Shown: in pieces, positions 24,268 to 36,789 of the stretch
Layout: each line of letters opens with the position of its first letter
Numbering within the stretch: position 1 is the first letter of the stretch
Assembly: GCF_020745735.1 (NCBI RefSeq)
Contig: NW_026867509.1
Coordinates: 1,116,001 to 1,180,000 of the forward strand
Reading direction: 5' to 3'
Length of the DNA stretch: 64,000 nt
Source: Hemiscyllium ocellatum
Lineage: Eukaryota
The notes under the pieces: generated by a model
Databases searched by the model: none
Told to the model about the DNA's origin: nothing
What the model saw: only the letters and a program-made list of their open reading frames with translations
Made by a program: the position numbers and the translations under genes

Positions 24268-25034
24268 CACGCTGAGAGTGCCAGTTGAAGAAGGCTCATT
24301 CACACCCTGAAACTGAAGGAACAATTCAGCTCCAGAGGAAGAGTCAGAGGAGAGACTTTAAGTTAGAAAAAAAAATGCATGATTACTTAAAGTTAGCTAC
24401 TATTCAGAGATACATCAATATGTTCGCTTCAAATGCAGACCTGCTAAGAATGAACTGCACAAACCCATCCATGGAGCTCTGTTTCTGATTTTGTTTCCCA
24501 CTAAGCTCCTCCAATATCATAACTTCCCATCGGTACAGGCAGTGAAATTCTACATCACGAGAGAAATTACATTTTACTTGTGGACCTCTGGTAATGCAAA
24601 ACTTGCTGTGGGCATGTCAGTTCAGAAATAATGTTTTATCATTAACAGGAATTGCTGACTGAGTAGCAAATATAAATGAAATGCCGAACTTTTCCTTCGA
24701 CGCATTTGAGAGAAATAATCAGAACAAGCCGCAGAGACTGCCAGCTCACAAACTTACATGTTAAAATCATTTCCGGGTAGGGTGTTAAATGCAGCTTCTT
24801 CAACAATTATATCAAATGTTGAATGAATAGAAGATTCACATTTGAAATCCACAATAGGCTGTGTTGGACATCCACTAATAATCATCACACAATAATAAAG
24901 ATATAAAGAGACGATAATAAAGATACTCCTTTGAGTAGAATATGCTATGTTGAGGCAACTTGATTTTTATTACATTCTGTATCTTACAATTTGAAATGTT
25001 TTATTTCTATAGAAGTTTCTAAATTTCATGACGA

Positions 25035-26165
25035 ATAGGGCGCATGGTATTGGGAGCAAAGTACTAACTTGGATTGAAAGTTGGTAGACTGATAGGAAAC
25101 AAAGAGTAGTGATAAACGGCTCCATTTCGGAATGGCAGGCAGTGACCAGTGGGGTACCGTAGGGATCAGTACTGGGACCGCAGCTTTTTACAACAGATGT
25201 TAATGATATAGAAGATGGTATTAGTAATAACATTAGCAAATTTAATGATGATACTAAGCTGGATGGCAGGGCGAAATGTCATGAGGATGTTAGGAGATTA
25301 CAGGGTGACCTGGACAAGTTAGCTGAGTGGTCAGATGCATGGCAGATGCAGTTTAATGTGGATAAATGTATGGTTATCCACTTTGGTGGCGAGAACAGGA
25401 AGGCAGATTACTACTTAAATGGAAACAATTTAGGTAAAGGGGCAATACAGAGAGATCTGAGTGTTCTTGTACGCCAGTCAATGAAGGTAAGCATGCAGGT
25501 ACAGCAGGTAGTGAAGAAGGCTAATAGCATGCTGGCTTTCATAACAAGAGGGGTTGAGTATAGAAGCAAAAAGGTTCTTCTGCAGCTGTACAGGGCCCTG
25601 GTGAGACCATACCTCGAGTATTGTGTGCAGTTCTGGTTTCCAAATTTGAGAAAAGACATTCTGGCTATTGATGGAATGCAGCGTAGGTTCACGAGGTTAA
25701 TTCCTGGAATGGCCGGATTACCTTACATTGAAAGACTGGAGCTACTAGGCTTGTATACCCTTGAGTTCAGAAGACTGAGAGGGGATCAGATTGAGACATA
25801 GAAGATTATTAAAGGATTGGACACTCTGGAGGCAGGAAACATGTTTCCGCTAATGGGTGAATGCCGAACCAGAGGACACAGCTTAAAAATACGGCGTAGA
25901 CCATTTAGGACAGAGATGAGGAGAAGCTTCTTCACTCAGAGAGTGGTGGCTGTGTGGAATGCTCTACTACAGAGGGCAGAGGAGGCAAAGTCTCTGGATT
26001 CATTTAAGAAAGAGTTGGATAGAGCTCTCAAGGATTGTGGAATCAAGGGTTATGGAGATAAGGCAGGAACAGGATACTGATTAAAGATGATCAGCCATGA
26101 TCTTATTGAATGGTGGTGCAGGCTGGAAGGGCAGAATGGCCTACTCCTGCACCTATTTTCTATTG
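25035..26165 (+). mobile_element. CR1-clade LINE, 5'-truncated (RT C-terminus and tail)
   Basis: MQFNVDKCMVIHFG...LYRALVRPYLEYCVQFWFP...RFTRLIPGMAGLPYIERL and FFTQRVVAVWNAL; stops present. Confidence 0.93.
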
Positions 26166-27629
26166 TCTATTACCATTTATTTTGGAAAGAAAATTCAACA
26201 TTTGTCACATTATGCACTGCTGGAATAAGGTTGTGCATTTTATGATTAATTCAAATTATTTCAATGAACTACCATTGACATCTAACGACAGTATACTCTC
26301 ACGGGCCCTTGCGGTAGTGAAGAGGGACATCTACTGATTATCAGCAGGTTAATGAATCCTGTGTCTGTTAAATAAATGACTTAAATCTGTGTGAGCGGCT
26401 CGTGCTGGGACATCTTTCTATAAATATTTGCTGGACGCTTATTTCCAGTGACCTGGAGGATCCTGTCTTATTTTGAAAGCAAAAGTTTTCAACTTTGTGC
26501 CGCACAGCATACATATAGTGTACTTCACTACGAATCAATATATTGAAATTTCTATTTTCCGATGATGCAAAATGAAAGAGATAGATTAATTTTGGAACTT
26601 GTCGGGTAACATGACCATTGTGATGATTAAATGATAAGTATGGAAAGAAAAAAAGGCTGGAAAACACAACACACCCGGCAGATTTCATGGAGAGAAAGGA
26701 AGATGGTATATAAAGTTAGATGACACTTGATTAGCGCTTGTAGTAGTAAAAATCATGCATCGAAATGTTTTCTCAGACATGATGACAAATTTGAAAAAAA
26801 ATTGGTTCTCCCTGAAATGGTTATTCATGATCAGATAGGAAAATGTACCTGTTATCCGTATCTCTGCTGATAGTTTGTTCGAAAGAGAAGCACCAGGCAA
26901 CTTCCCATGAATATTTTAGATGCATTGTTTTGCATGTCAGCCAATCAGTTAACTGCTTCTTTATTCTACAATTCAACACGGATTCCACGGTCAGCGAGAA
27001 ATAGAATGAAATCGAAATTGGGCTCTCCTGCAGTTGAAATTGACAGGGCACTTGAAATTTGGAGTTATTTTGTGCCTGTCCTCATTCATCCAAAGCGGAA
27101 AATGCCAAAATTTATTTTTCACAGCACTTGTTCACCATTGAAACGGATTTAGTTTGAGAATTTGCAGCAGTCAGTGTCTGAGATTCGCTGTTGTATTGTT
27201 GCTGACAATGCACCGAGGTGCAGGGAAAGATATAAAACGACTTCATTGCACGTTTGATTGGGAATATGTGTTGCAACGATCAGTAAAATTGGAAATAAAT
27301 TCAGGATCATGAGAGTGCAACATGATGTTATCTTCTTGCTATAGATCTACTTGACAGAGACTATTGTCATTACAGCGTATTCGCAATGTCAGTGATTGTA
27401 TCCACAGAGGTGCTGCACTTGACTTTTCCATCAGAGAGGCTGAATGTATTCTGATTCCGATAATAGAACGCTCAGACTAAGGATTCTTATCACACATTGG
27501 TAGCATCCCTAACCTTGGTATTGGCAGCCTACATGGACTTCTTATCTAGTTTAAGAATGCGTGTCTAATGTTGTTTAAAATATGTCCACAGTGACTGTAG
27601 CACCAATGAGCACTACCAGTGATTAGTGA

Positions 27630-28105
27630 TGAACGGTGGGCCTATACATTTCAGAATAGAAGGTGACAGTCAAGGGTAGTAGATTGTCCCTCTGCACCTG
27701 TGAATTGACGACAATGTATCGTTGATTCATAATGGCATCCAAATTTAAAACAAGGTATGATGTGAGGCATAGACAGAGTAGATAGCCAGATGCATTTTCC
27801 AGGGCGGAAATGGCTATCACGGTGTGGGGGTGGAGGGGTGGGGGAGGTGGGGGGGGGTAGGGTAGACTCTTATGGATATGTCTATGGTAGATTCTTTCCA
27901 CAGCGAGTGGTGGGTGCTTAGAAAGCACTGTCAGCAGTGGGAGTGGAATCATATACATGAGGAAAATTGAGCTACTCTTGGTTAGGAAAATGGATATTAT
28001 ATTAAGTGTATGTTACTTAGTTGGACCTTAGAATAGGATAAAAGGTCAGCACAATGTTGAGGGCCGAAGAACCTATACTGTTCCGTGTTCTGTGTTCTGT
28101 GTTCT
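27630..28105 (+). mobile_element. Decayed CR1 3' tail; counterpart at about 34660-35015
   Basis: atagacagagtagatagccaga...ggtgggtgcttagaaagcactg...gggccgaagaacctatactgttccgtgttctgtgttct. Confidence 0.6.
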
Positions 28106-29451
28106 AAGCTGATGTTCAGGCTATTTGTAGCTTGCAGAACTATCTGAATATTAAGAATATTATCAAATTGTGCACGGAATTAAGGCCTCAGTTTGCAATA
28201 AGTGCAGCCTGTCTCTGTCGTGGGTAGCTATTTACTATCAGAAAAGTTTCAAAATATTTTTTGGGTTGTCGTACTTCAGGGATAATGATCTGTGCACGAG
28301 GCCAAAAGGATTGTATTCAAAATTCACCGTAGTAAATACAAATGGTCCAAGTGTTGTTTCCAGGCACGTTCAAATTGTTTGACGAAATACAATGTTGCTT
28401 AAGTCTGAAGCAGAAACGATTTTCTTCAAAGCATTTCTCATAAAAGCGTTAGATAAGGAGTCGACCATGATTGTGCATTGAAATTATAAATCCATCCATC
28501 GATTTTGATAAATTCTGTTTTGGCACAGTGCAGACTCAGCATTACTGAATTAATGGGAGTTAAGTGTTTGTGAACAACAGTCCCTCATTTGCAGTTCCAC
28601 GCACACAGTATTTGGTGGATTGCATTATCTCTGCATGCATTTCCAATCCACTTACCATATAAATCGTGAATTTGAAATAATTTTTAATATGTTCTAAAGG
28701 TCTTTTGGACAGAAGCAACAAATTATAGGCACATGGATGATAGTAAGATGAAGGGTATATAGCATATTTTGATCTTAGAGTAGGATATAAGGTCGGCACA
28801 ACGTGAAGGGTTGAAGGACCTGTACTGTGCTGTACATTCTATGTTAATGTTCTCAGCTGTTTTTTGGGATGCTGTTTGTTACAAGCAACTTGTAATAAGT
28901 AGATCTACCAGTTTTTGTTTTCTGTGAAGCCAGAATCAACATACAAAAGCAGATAAAGGCACGAGTGGAATAAACCTGCAAATACTCGCAGATGTTTTAC
29001 AAGCTTTTAGCATTTACCTGATTCCGTGCCTCATGATTCACTGATAGCCCACTATAACAATCATTCTCAGACTGCTTGCATTGAAATAACTGTACTTATT
29101 ATAGGTGGTCGCAGTAATCATATATATGGTCCTCAAACCTCTTTATCGTCTAATGTGACCACATTATTAATAATTATTTTTGGATTTTGTACCAGTTAGT
29201 ACAGATACCACTGCATGTTACTCGACCTGCAGTTAGGCCACCTGTGGACACAGACGAAGAAAGTATGAAATATTAACCAATAACCATACAAACGAGTTTA
29301 TATGTGATAATTTATGTGGAGACCCTAATTTTTCGAGCTGTCTTTATATGGCTATTTCACCTCAGTAATGTTATCAAACACGACATCAAGCATTGATATT
29401 ACTTAATCATTGCTCCTGAGTTAACATTCCATTCCCATCCTAGGAATCAGA

Positions 29452-29785
29452 TGATGGAGTGGGATTATCGCTGGGCTGTTAATCCAGAGAACAAGACAGT
29501 GTGCTGCAGACTCAGATTTGAATCCCAGCATGGTGGAATTTGAAACCAGTAAAATCGGAAAGTAGGACCCCAATGATGACTATGAACCGATTGTGAATTG
29601 CCAGAAAAAAAAAACATCTGAGTCACTAATGTTCTTTAGAGAAGGGAACTGCCATTCTTACCAGGTCTAATCTGCATGCAAATCCACAGCAATTTGCTTG
29701 ATTCTTAACTCCCCTCTGGACAATTATACATGAGCAATAAATACTGCTCTAGCTAGAGATGCCAACATTCCACGAATAAAAAGGA
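29452..29785 (+). mobile_element. DeuSINE (SacSINE1/AmnSINE-like) relic
   Basis: Deu-domain-like core gtcactaatgttctttagagaagggaactgccattcttaccaggtctaatctgcatgc...ccacagcaatttgcttgattcttaactcccctctg, with a tRNA-like head and A-rich end. Confidence 0.65.
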
Positions 29786-30603
29786 ACAACAAAGTTGAAC
29801 TTCTGAGTTTTGAGCAAATGCGATTATGACATGAGGATCATGTTGAATTTCTGATGTGAGTACTCACTCTGAGCAGGCTGATTAGTAAATGATAACAGCT
29901 CTAACGTTGCGGTGGTAGTATCTGGATCTTTGATCTAGGAAACACACCTGTTTCAAAGATGCTAAATCAGACATCTGAACATATTGTTCAGAAAATATGT
30001 AAACTAGCATTGCACCTGACATTAAGGCCTTCAATCCTAGCAAGGAAGCGAGAATCAGGTTATTGTCTTTACCAAAGTGGTTTGGAGAACGTCTCTGTCT
30101 GTTCAAAATTGTGCTGTTTTGATTGACCGATTGCACTTGGTCGTTTCCAACCAATGTTAAAGTATTTTAAACAAGGATTATTACAGTGAAAGATAAGTTT
30201 TATTTAGGGCAGTTTTAACTTTCTGAAACAGATAATCTGAAATGTCAGGGTAAAAAAAATCTATGTCAAATCGCCAAAGAAAACTGTCATGAGTTGAAAA
30301 AATAACAAGAGCATGGAAAACGTGGAGGTGCAAAACAACGTGAGTAGCATATCGGCTTCAACCTGTGCTAGGATGCATGCAGCGAATATACGCCAGCAAA
30401 GGGTGACAATATATCACCCAAAATATAAGATAATTGAATCGGGAAAGGAACTGTGACTTTATTAAGTCAGTATTATCCCTCCAGTCATTATATCTCTCAC
30501 TGTCTCTTCTAAAACCGAAACTTAATTACGATCGACCCATGCTCTTGAGATCATCTCCAATCTTTTGAACTTGTACCAAACCCGATATTAATACAAAAAG
30601 AAA

Positions 30604-30629
30604 CACACACAAACACATACACAAACACA

Positions 30630-30663
<34 letters not shown>

Positions 30664-30712
30664 ATCACACACACACACGTACACACATATACATACATAC
30701 TTACACGCACAA
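30604..30712. repeat. (CA)n microsatellite, imperfect
   Basis: Visible CA runs. Confidence 0.95.
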
Positions 30713-31892
30713 ACAGGAGAATGCAAAAGCAGACATTCAGACACCGAAGCGTGCAGAACGAGACATAGAATAGTACAGGCAAAGAATCTTGCAGCACATG
30801 AAAATATCCCGTGGACCATCAAATCTGCGCTGGTCATTGACCAGCAATTGACTATTCCAACCTCATCTTCCAAAAATTGGCCAATTCCTTTGGATTACTT
30901 GGCATCGCATGTACATGTTGAAAGAATTACCAAATGCTAAAAGTGTTTTGTCTCTACCATCCTCAAAAAATGGCTTTCTGATTTTGGAAATGCGTCAGAT
31001 GACTAAAAGCTCTTCACACTTGCCCTGATTCTAATAATGCCTCTTACTTTAAATTTATGCAGCGGTTATTGAAGCGTTCACCAATGGGAACATTTATGTC
31101 TGTGCATTCTATTAACATTTGATCCTGTCCTTTCAATCGAAACTCGAATTTCAATCGAATTTTAGTCAAGACAATATTATTGCCCTCATGCCACATTAAG
31201 ATTAACTCAAACTTTACTGAGCTGCTGAGCGCTGTAAAGCTTGGTTGATTGGATCCATCATGCCAAATTGTTTTCACTTGTTTAGATTTCAGTGATATAT
31301 GCAACACGATCAAGAGAGTTGACAAATAAGAGAAACACAGCTTCTTTTATAGTTTGAGCCTTATTATAATCTAGAATTCCCAATGTAAGTGGGATTTCGT
31401 TCAACACACATAGAAAGTATTAAAACCTGTACAAGTACAGAATGTGGCAATTGCTGTGGCTGTGAAAATAATTATACTTTCTCTTTCAAAGAGCAGCCAC
31501 AGACACAATAGTAGGAATACCTTCCATTTGTATTGTGTAGTAACGCAATCCTTGATCATTTATTCGCTCCTTCTCCATTTGATCATCAGTGCTGCCCTGA
31601 TGTGTGGTGGGGTGGTCACCGACTTCACAACATCCAAGATGTCCAGTTGCAGTTGTTCGGCGTTGCATTCCTTCTGCTCTCACACGGATCAATGAGTTCA
31701 CTCAGAGCCGAGTCTGCTGCAGTTCTGCCTTGAGCTTTCTTTTGATGCCCTTGGCTCTGACACGACTTCCCTTCCCTGTGATACCATAGATATTGCTCTA
31801 GCCATCACTGTTATTCTTTGCAACAACGGTTTTGATCAGGATCTCAAACAAAGGGTATTCCAGAATGGAGAATTACAAACCCATAGTTCATC

Positions 31893-32360
31893 ACGAGGAA
31901 ACTTCTGGCACCAATGCTCATCGTTCTCTAAATTCTCAGTAAGTGTTTCTTCCCAGTAACATTCAATTCCTCCTGACACAGATGTTTCCAACTCACATGC
32001 TATTAGTAGGAAACGAATGATTGTAATGAACATAATTTTGAATACTGTTTTTCGTTTGTCTTAGAATGGAGTCATCAAGACATGTGGAACAGTCAGTCCC
32101 TGAAACAGCGGTTAAACAGGGAGGCAATGTCACAGTAACGTGCAGTTTGAAGTCAAGTGATCCAGCCCCGACCTTTACTGGCACAATCAGTTCTCAGGGC
32201 ATCCTCTATAATACATAAGTTATATAGTTGCAGCAGAGATTGCAAAGAAGAATCCTGACTTTGCTAAACGATTCTCTTTCACGTTTACTAAATACACGAA
32301 GAATACAGAGTAAGCAATCAACAAGGCCATCAACTCAGACTCAGACATGGATTTCTATGA
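31893..32360 (+). pseudogene. V pseudogene, duplicate of the 23.7-kb V
   Basis: Leader start ATG>ACG with an internal TAA. Exon 2 from 32065 has frameshifts and stops. A short deletion removes the final codons and the heptamer. Confidence 0.9.
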
Positions 32361-33479
32361 TTGAGAGTTATGACACAGCCCCTTCAAAGCCTCTCTCTGA
32401 ACATGACAGTTCGAGCTCACCGTAAGGTTCTTTCATATGGAGAAACAGAAAGAACCATTCAACCCCAGAGGAAGAGTCACAGAGGGGTGGGGTGGGGGGG
32501 GGGGTGGGATCTTTAACCGAGGAAAAAAAGTGCACGATAAATAAACGTTAGTTACTTTTGAGAGCCATATCAATATGTTAGCTTCGATGTAAACGTGCTA
32601 GGAATGAACTGCACAAACCAATAAGTGAAGCTCTGTTTCTGATTTAGTTTCCCACCAAACATTTTCAATACCTTGCGTTCTCATCCCTCCTGTCAGTGAC
32701 CTTTGTCCATAGATAGAGAAATTAATTTCATGAGGGACCTATTCATGACATAAAACTTGCTTTTCAGTATGGTAGTTCAGATATAGAGCCATGCCATTTT
32801 GATGAGTTGCAGACTGAGTAGCAAATATATAAAATAAATACCTCATTCCTCATTTCACAGATTTGAAAAAAGTCATCAGAACAATCCACAGAGTCAGCCA
32901 TCTCACAAACTTACATTTTTACATCCACTCCCAGGCGATGTGTTTAATACTTTTTATTCAACATTATTGGGAAATGTTGAGTGAATGGAAGATACACATT
33001 TGAAATCCACAATGGGCTGTTTTGGACATCTACCTATAGACAGCAAACAGAACAAAAGTAGTGAAAAAGCAATTCTGAAGAGGGTGCTAAGAGTGAAACA
33101 TTCTGCGTGTTGAAAATTTTAATTTTATTACATCCTGTATCTTACAATTCGAACTGTTTTGTCCTATCAGTTTACAGATTTCACGAGAAGCATATATTTT
33201 GCAATAAAAATGCAATCTTTGTCACACTATATACTGCTGCATCAAATGATTAATTCAAATTACATCAATGAACATCCAGCGAAATCTAACGGAAGTGGAT
33301 CCTCACAGGTACCTGCTGTAATGAAGAGGGGCATCTGTGGATAATCAGTAGATTAATGAGTCCTGTGTCTATTAAAGTAATGAATTCAAATCGGTGTGTT
33401 AGGATCGTACTAAATCGTGTTTCTCCAAACTTTCACTGAACGCATGTTTTCATTTACCTAAAGGAGTTGAAAAACATGG

Positions 33480-33631
33480 TGCTGGAAATACACAGCAGGC
33501 CAGGCAGCATCCGAGGAGCAGGAGAATCGGCGTTTCGCGCATAAGCCTTTCTTCAGGAAGAAGGGCTTATGCCCGAAACATCGATTCTCCTGCTTCTCGG
33601 ATGCTACCTGGCCTGCTGTGTATTTCCAGCA
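33480..33631. mobile_element. Penelope-tail fold-back (inverted repeat with ~72-bp arms)
   Basis: tgctggaaatacacagcaggccaggcagcatccgaggagcaggagaatcg... is the reverse complement of ...cgattctcctgcttctcggatgctacctggcctgctgtgtatttccagca. Confidence 0.85.
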
Positions 33632-36600
33632 GCACAATTTTCAACTCTGTTCTCCAGCAAAAGAAACTGGTTCTTCCTGAAATGGTTATTCGTCAATATC
33701 TGAAGATGTACCTGATATCCGTGTCTCTGCTCATATTTTGTTCGGGACAGAGACACCAGACAACACCCAATCAATTGACAAATGCATTGTTCTGCATGTC
33801 AGCCAATCAACGAACTGCATCTCTATTCTGCAATTCAGCACGTCAACGTAGGACGACGAGAAATGAATTGAAATTGAAACCGGTAATAACCTGCATTTGA
33901 AATTGATACTGCAATTGAACTTTGGAATTTTTGCACTTGTCCTCATTCATGCAAGGCATAAATCTGCAATATTTCCTTTTCAAAGCAGTGCTTAGATTGT
34001 TCTTTCATAACGGGCACTTGATGCCTAGCAGCCACGATGTTTGTCTTTGAAATGGATTTAGTCTGAAAATTTGGAGCAGACGGTGTCTGAGGTTCACTGA
34101 CATGCAATGCCTTCATTGCATGTTTGATAGGGAATATGTGTTACTATGAACAGTAGAAATGAAAATGAATTGAGGATCCTGACAGTACTTCATGGTGTAT
34201 GGTAAAACGCATTCTATTTCACTCTTGCTATAGATATACTTGACACAGACTGATGGCAGTACAGCAGTTTCGCATTGTCCTGAGTCGGAGATTGTTACGC
34301 ATTTGCAGAAATTACATTTTGAGTCTTCCATCAAAGCAGCTAAATGTTCTTATTCTGATAATGCAAGATTCAGATTTAGGGTCCTTATTGCACATTGGTA
34401 GCATCCCTGACCTCGATGTGGGCAGCTTGCATTGAAGTTTCACCTGGTCTCAGGGTATATGATAATGTTGTTTCGAGAATGACGTCAGTGGCTGTAGAGC
34501 CCAATGAGCATGACCAATGTTCAGTAACAAACAGTATATCTATGCATTTCAGGACAGAGATTGTCTTATTTTAGATACTCTTACGATCGGTTACAGTCTA
34601 GAATAAGGCATTGTCACTTAACTTCTGTGTCCTTAGTACACTGTGTCATAGATTCCTTGTGATTTCACAATTTAAAACAAGCTGTGATGTGAGGCATAGA
34701 TAGAGTGGATAGCCAGTGACGTTCTCCAACGACGGAAATGGCTATCATGAAGTGGCTTGGATGAAGGTTTAGGGGAGATTTCAGAGGTCGTTTCTTTACA
34801 CAGAGAGTGTTGGGTGCGTGGAATATACTACCATAATTGCCACAAGAGTCAGATACATCGGGGACATTTAAACGACTCTTGGATAGCCACCGTGAATGTT
34901 TGGGGGAAAAAAAGAGTTTGAGGGTGAGTTTCATATAGAGTAGGGTAAAGTAGGATAAAACAACACTGAGAGCCAAAGTCCCTATTCTGTGCTGTATTGT
35001 TTCCTATGTTCTAAGTTCTACGCTGCTCTTTCGTCCATTTGTCGACTGGATACTGGCAACGGAAGGAAATGAAGCACGAAAATAAGGCCACGATCTGCCA
35101 ATAAGTGAAACCTGTCCCTGTCTTGGGTTACAATTTAATATGTGTCAGGTTTCAAAATATTTTATGGGTTATTATGGTTCAGAGATAGTACCCTTAGCTG
35201 TAGGCTAGAGGACTGTGTCTAACTTCACTACAGGAAATAAAAATGGCTACACTCTTGTTTCATGCCATGCACTGAAAAAAAACTCTTGAAGTCTGAGGCA
35301 GAAACCGTGTTCTCTAAAAGTTTCCTCATAATCGTGTCACATTACGAGTCTATTGTGATGACGTATTAATATGTTAAATCCATACATCAACTTAGATAAC
35401 GTCGGTTTTGGTACAGAACTGAGTGGTGCAGACTTAGTATTGCTACATTACGTGAGGTAACTGTACTGGAATATCAGTCCCTCATTTGCAGTTGTAAGTG
35501 CTCAGTATTTGACGGATTACAGTATCTATGTATCCATGTCAGGATTCCTGTTACGATCTGACCTATTTATCATATAAATCGTGAAATCGAGATAATGCTT
35601 AACATATTCTAAAGGTCTTTTGGACAGGATCGTTATGTAATCTTACAATAAGTAAGTCTACTAGTTTTCCTTCTCTATGAAGGCGAGATCTAAGTACACC
35701 ATCAGATAAGGCACGAGTGGGATAAAGCTGGAAGTACTCACTGAGTTCTCCAAGCTTTTCACTGTTATCTGATTCCATGCCTTTTAGTATTGTAATAGAC
35801 CATTATACATTTCGCACTCAGACTGCTTATATTGAGTTAACAGTACTCACAACAGCTGTCTACAGTTGCCTTACATGTGGTCCTGACAATTCCTCATCGT
35901 CAAACGTAACTACTTCGGTAAAAATCAGTTTAGGAATGTGTACCAGTTTCTGCAGATACCACTGCATGTAGGGTGTGTCCAGGTTTCTATAGTCACAATC
36001 CATCTTCACAGACGCTCTTCATGACTATGGTCTCCAGATGCTCTGTGACTCGATTTGCACGTAGCCCCACAGTGGGCACAGACGAATAAAATATGAATTA
36101 GTTGCTAGTATCCATTCAAGCGAGTTTATACGTGAGCGAGCATGTGGAGTATATAATGTTCCTCGTGGTCCATTATATGGCTATTTCACCTCATTAATAA
36201 TATCAAACACGACGTCAGACGTTGAACAATGTGCTTTCATGGACATAACTAACACAGAGTCTTCCAATTAAAAGAAAACTATTTCTTTAATCAAAAACGT
36301 TTGGAGTACACTTCTGTTAGAAACCTTTAATGCAAAGAGAGTGAGTTGCGAAGAAAAGAGCGAACACAGACACTGTTTAACTTATTTTTCAAGGTGTTCA
36401 GTTCACCGAGACAATAGAGTGTCTAAAACCAGAGTCACAGAGAAATTTTTCCATTACGACCTCACTCATTGCATAGGTACAAGCCCATTATGAACTTACT
36501 GCGTGGGGACAGGTCCATAGTGACCTAAGTAACTGCAGTGAGACAGCCTCAAGATGACCTCAACCTTTTAAGGGTATCAAGTTCATTGTGACCTCACTCA

Positions 36601-36789
36601 GGTTAGAACGCCATTTGGTTTTGGTGCTGCTAACGCCCGTGACTCACTTCCTGGTTGAATTCAACTGGATAACATTGCAATGCCCCAACGAATGTATTCA
36701 GGATGAATTAGTTTTCATAAATGACCAGCAGACTTTCCCAGAAATTTAGTTTGGAGCTGCGTAGACTGAAAGTTTATCAATCTTGATAA

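Larger units (their letters stand above)
23160..29400 (+). repeat. Direct segmental duplication, copy 1 (copy 2 at about 31320-36250)
   Basis: Colinear matches: 23161 vs 31321, V gene 23.7 vs 31.9 kb, 26.3-27.6 vs 33.3-34.5 kb, 28.5-29.4 vs 35.4-36.25 kb. Confidence 0.85.

Noticed and set aside
27587-28700. Possible minus-strand V relic split by the CR1 tail (leader-like GTAAGT donor near 28670, YRQP-like stretch near 28270, heptamer at 27587)
   Set aside because: Motifs need several assumed indels and no nonamer sits at 23 bp; too weak to call.
29882-30154. Minus-strand ORF beginning GNDQVQSVNQ that resembles a V N-terminus
   Set aside because: No Cys, Trp or YYC landmarks at correct spacing and no RSS.
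30526-30873. Cys/Val-rich ORFs
   Set aside because: Artefacts of the (CA)n microsatellite.
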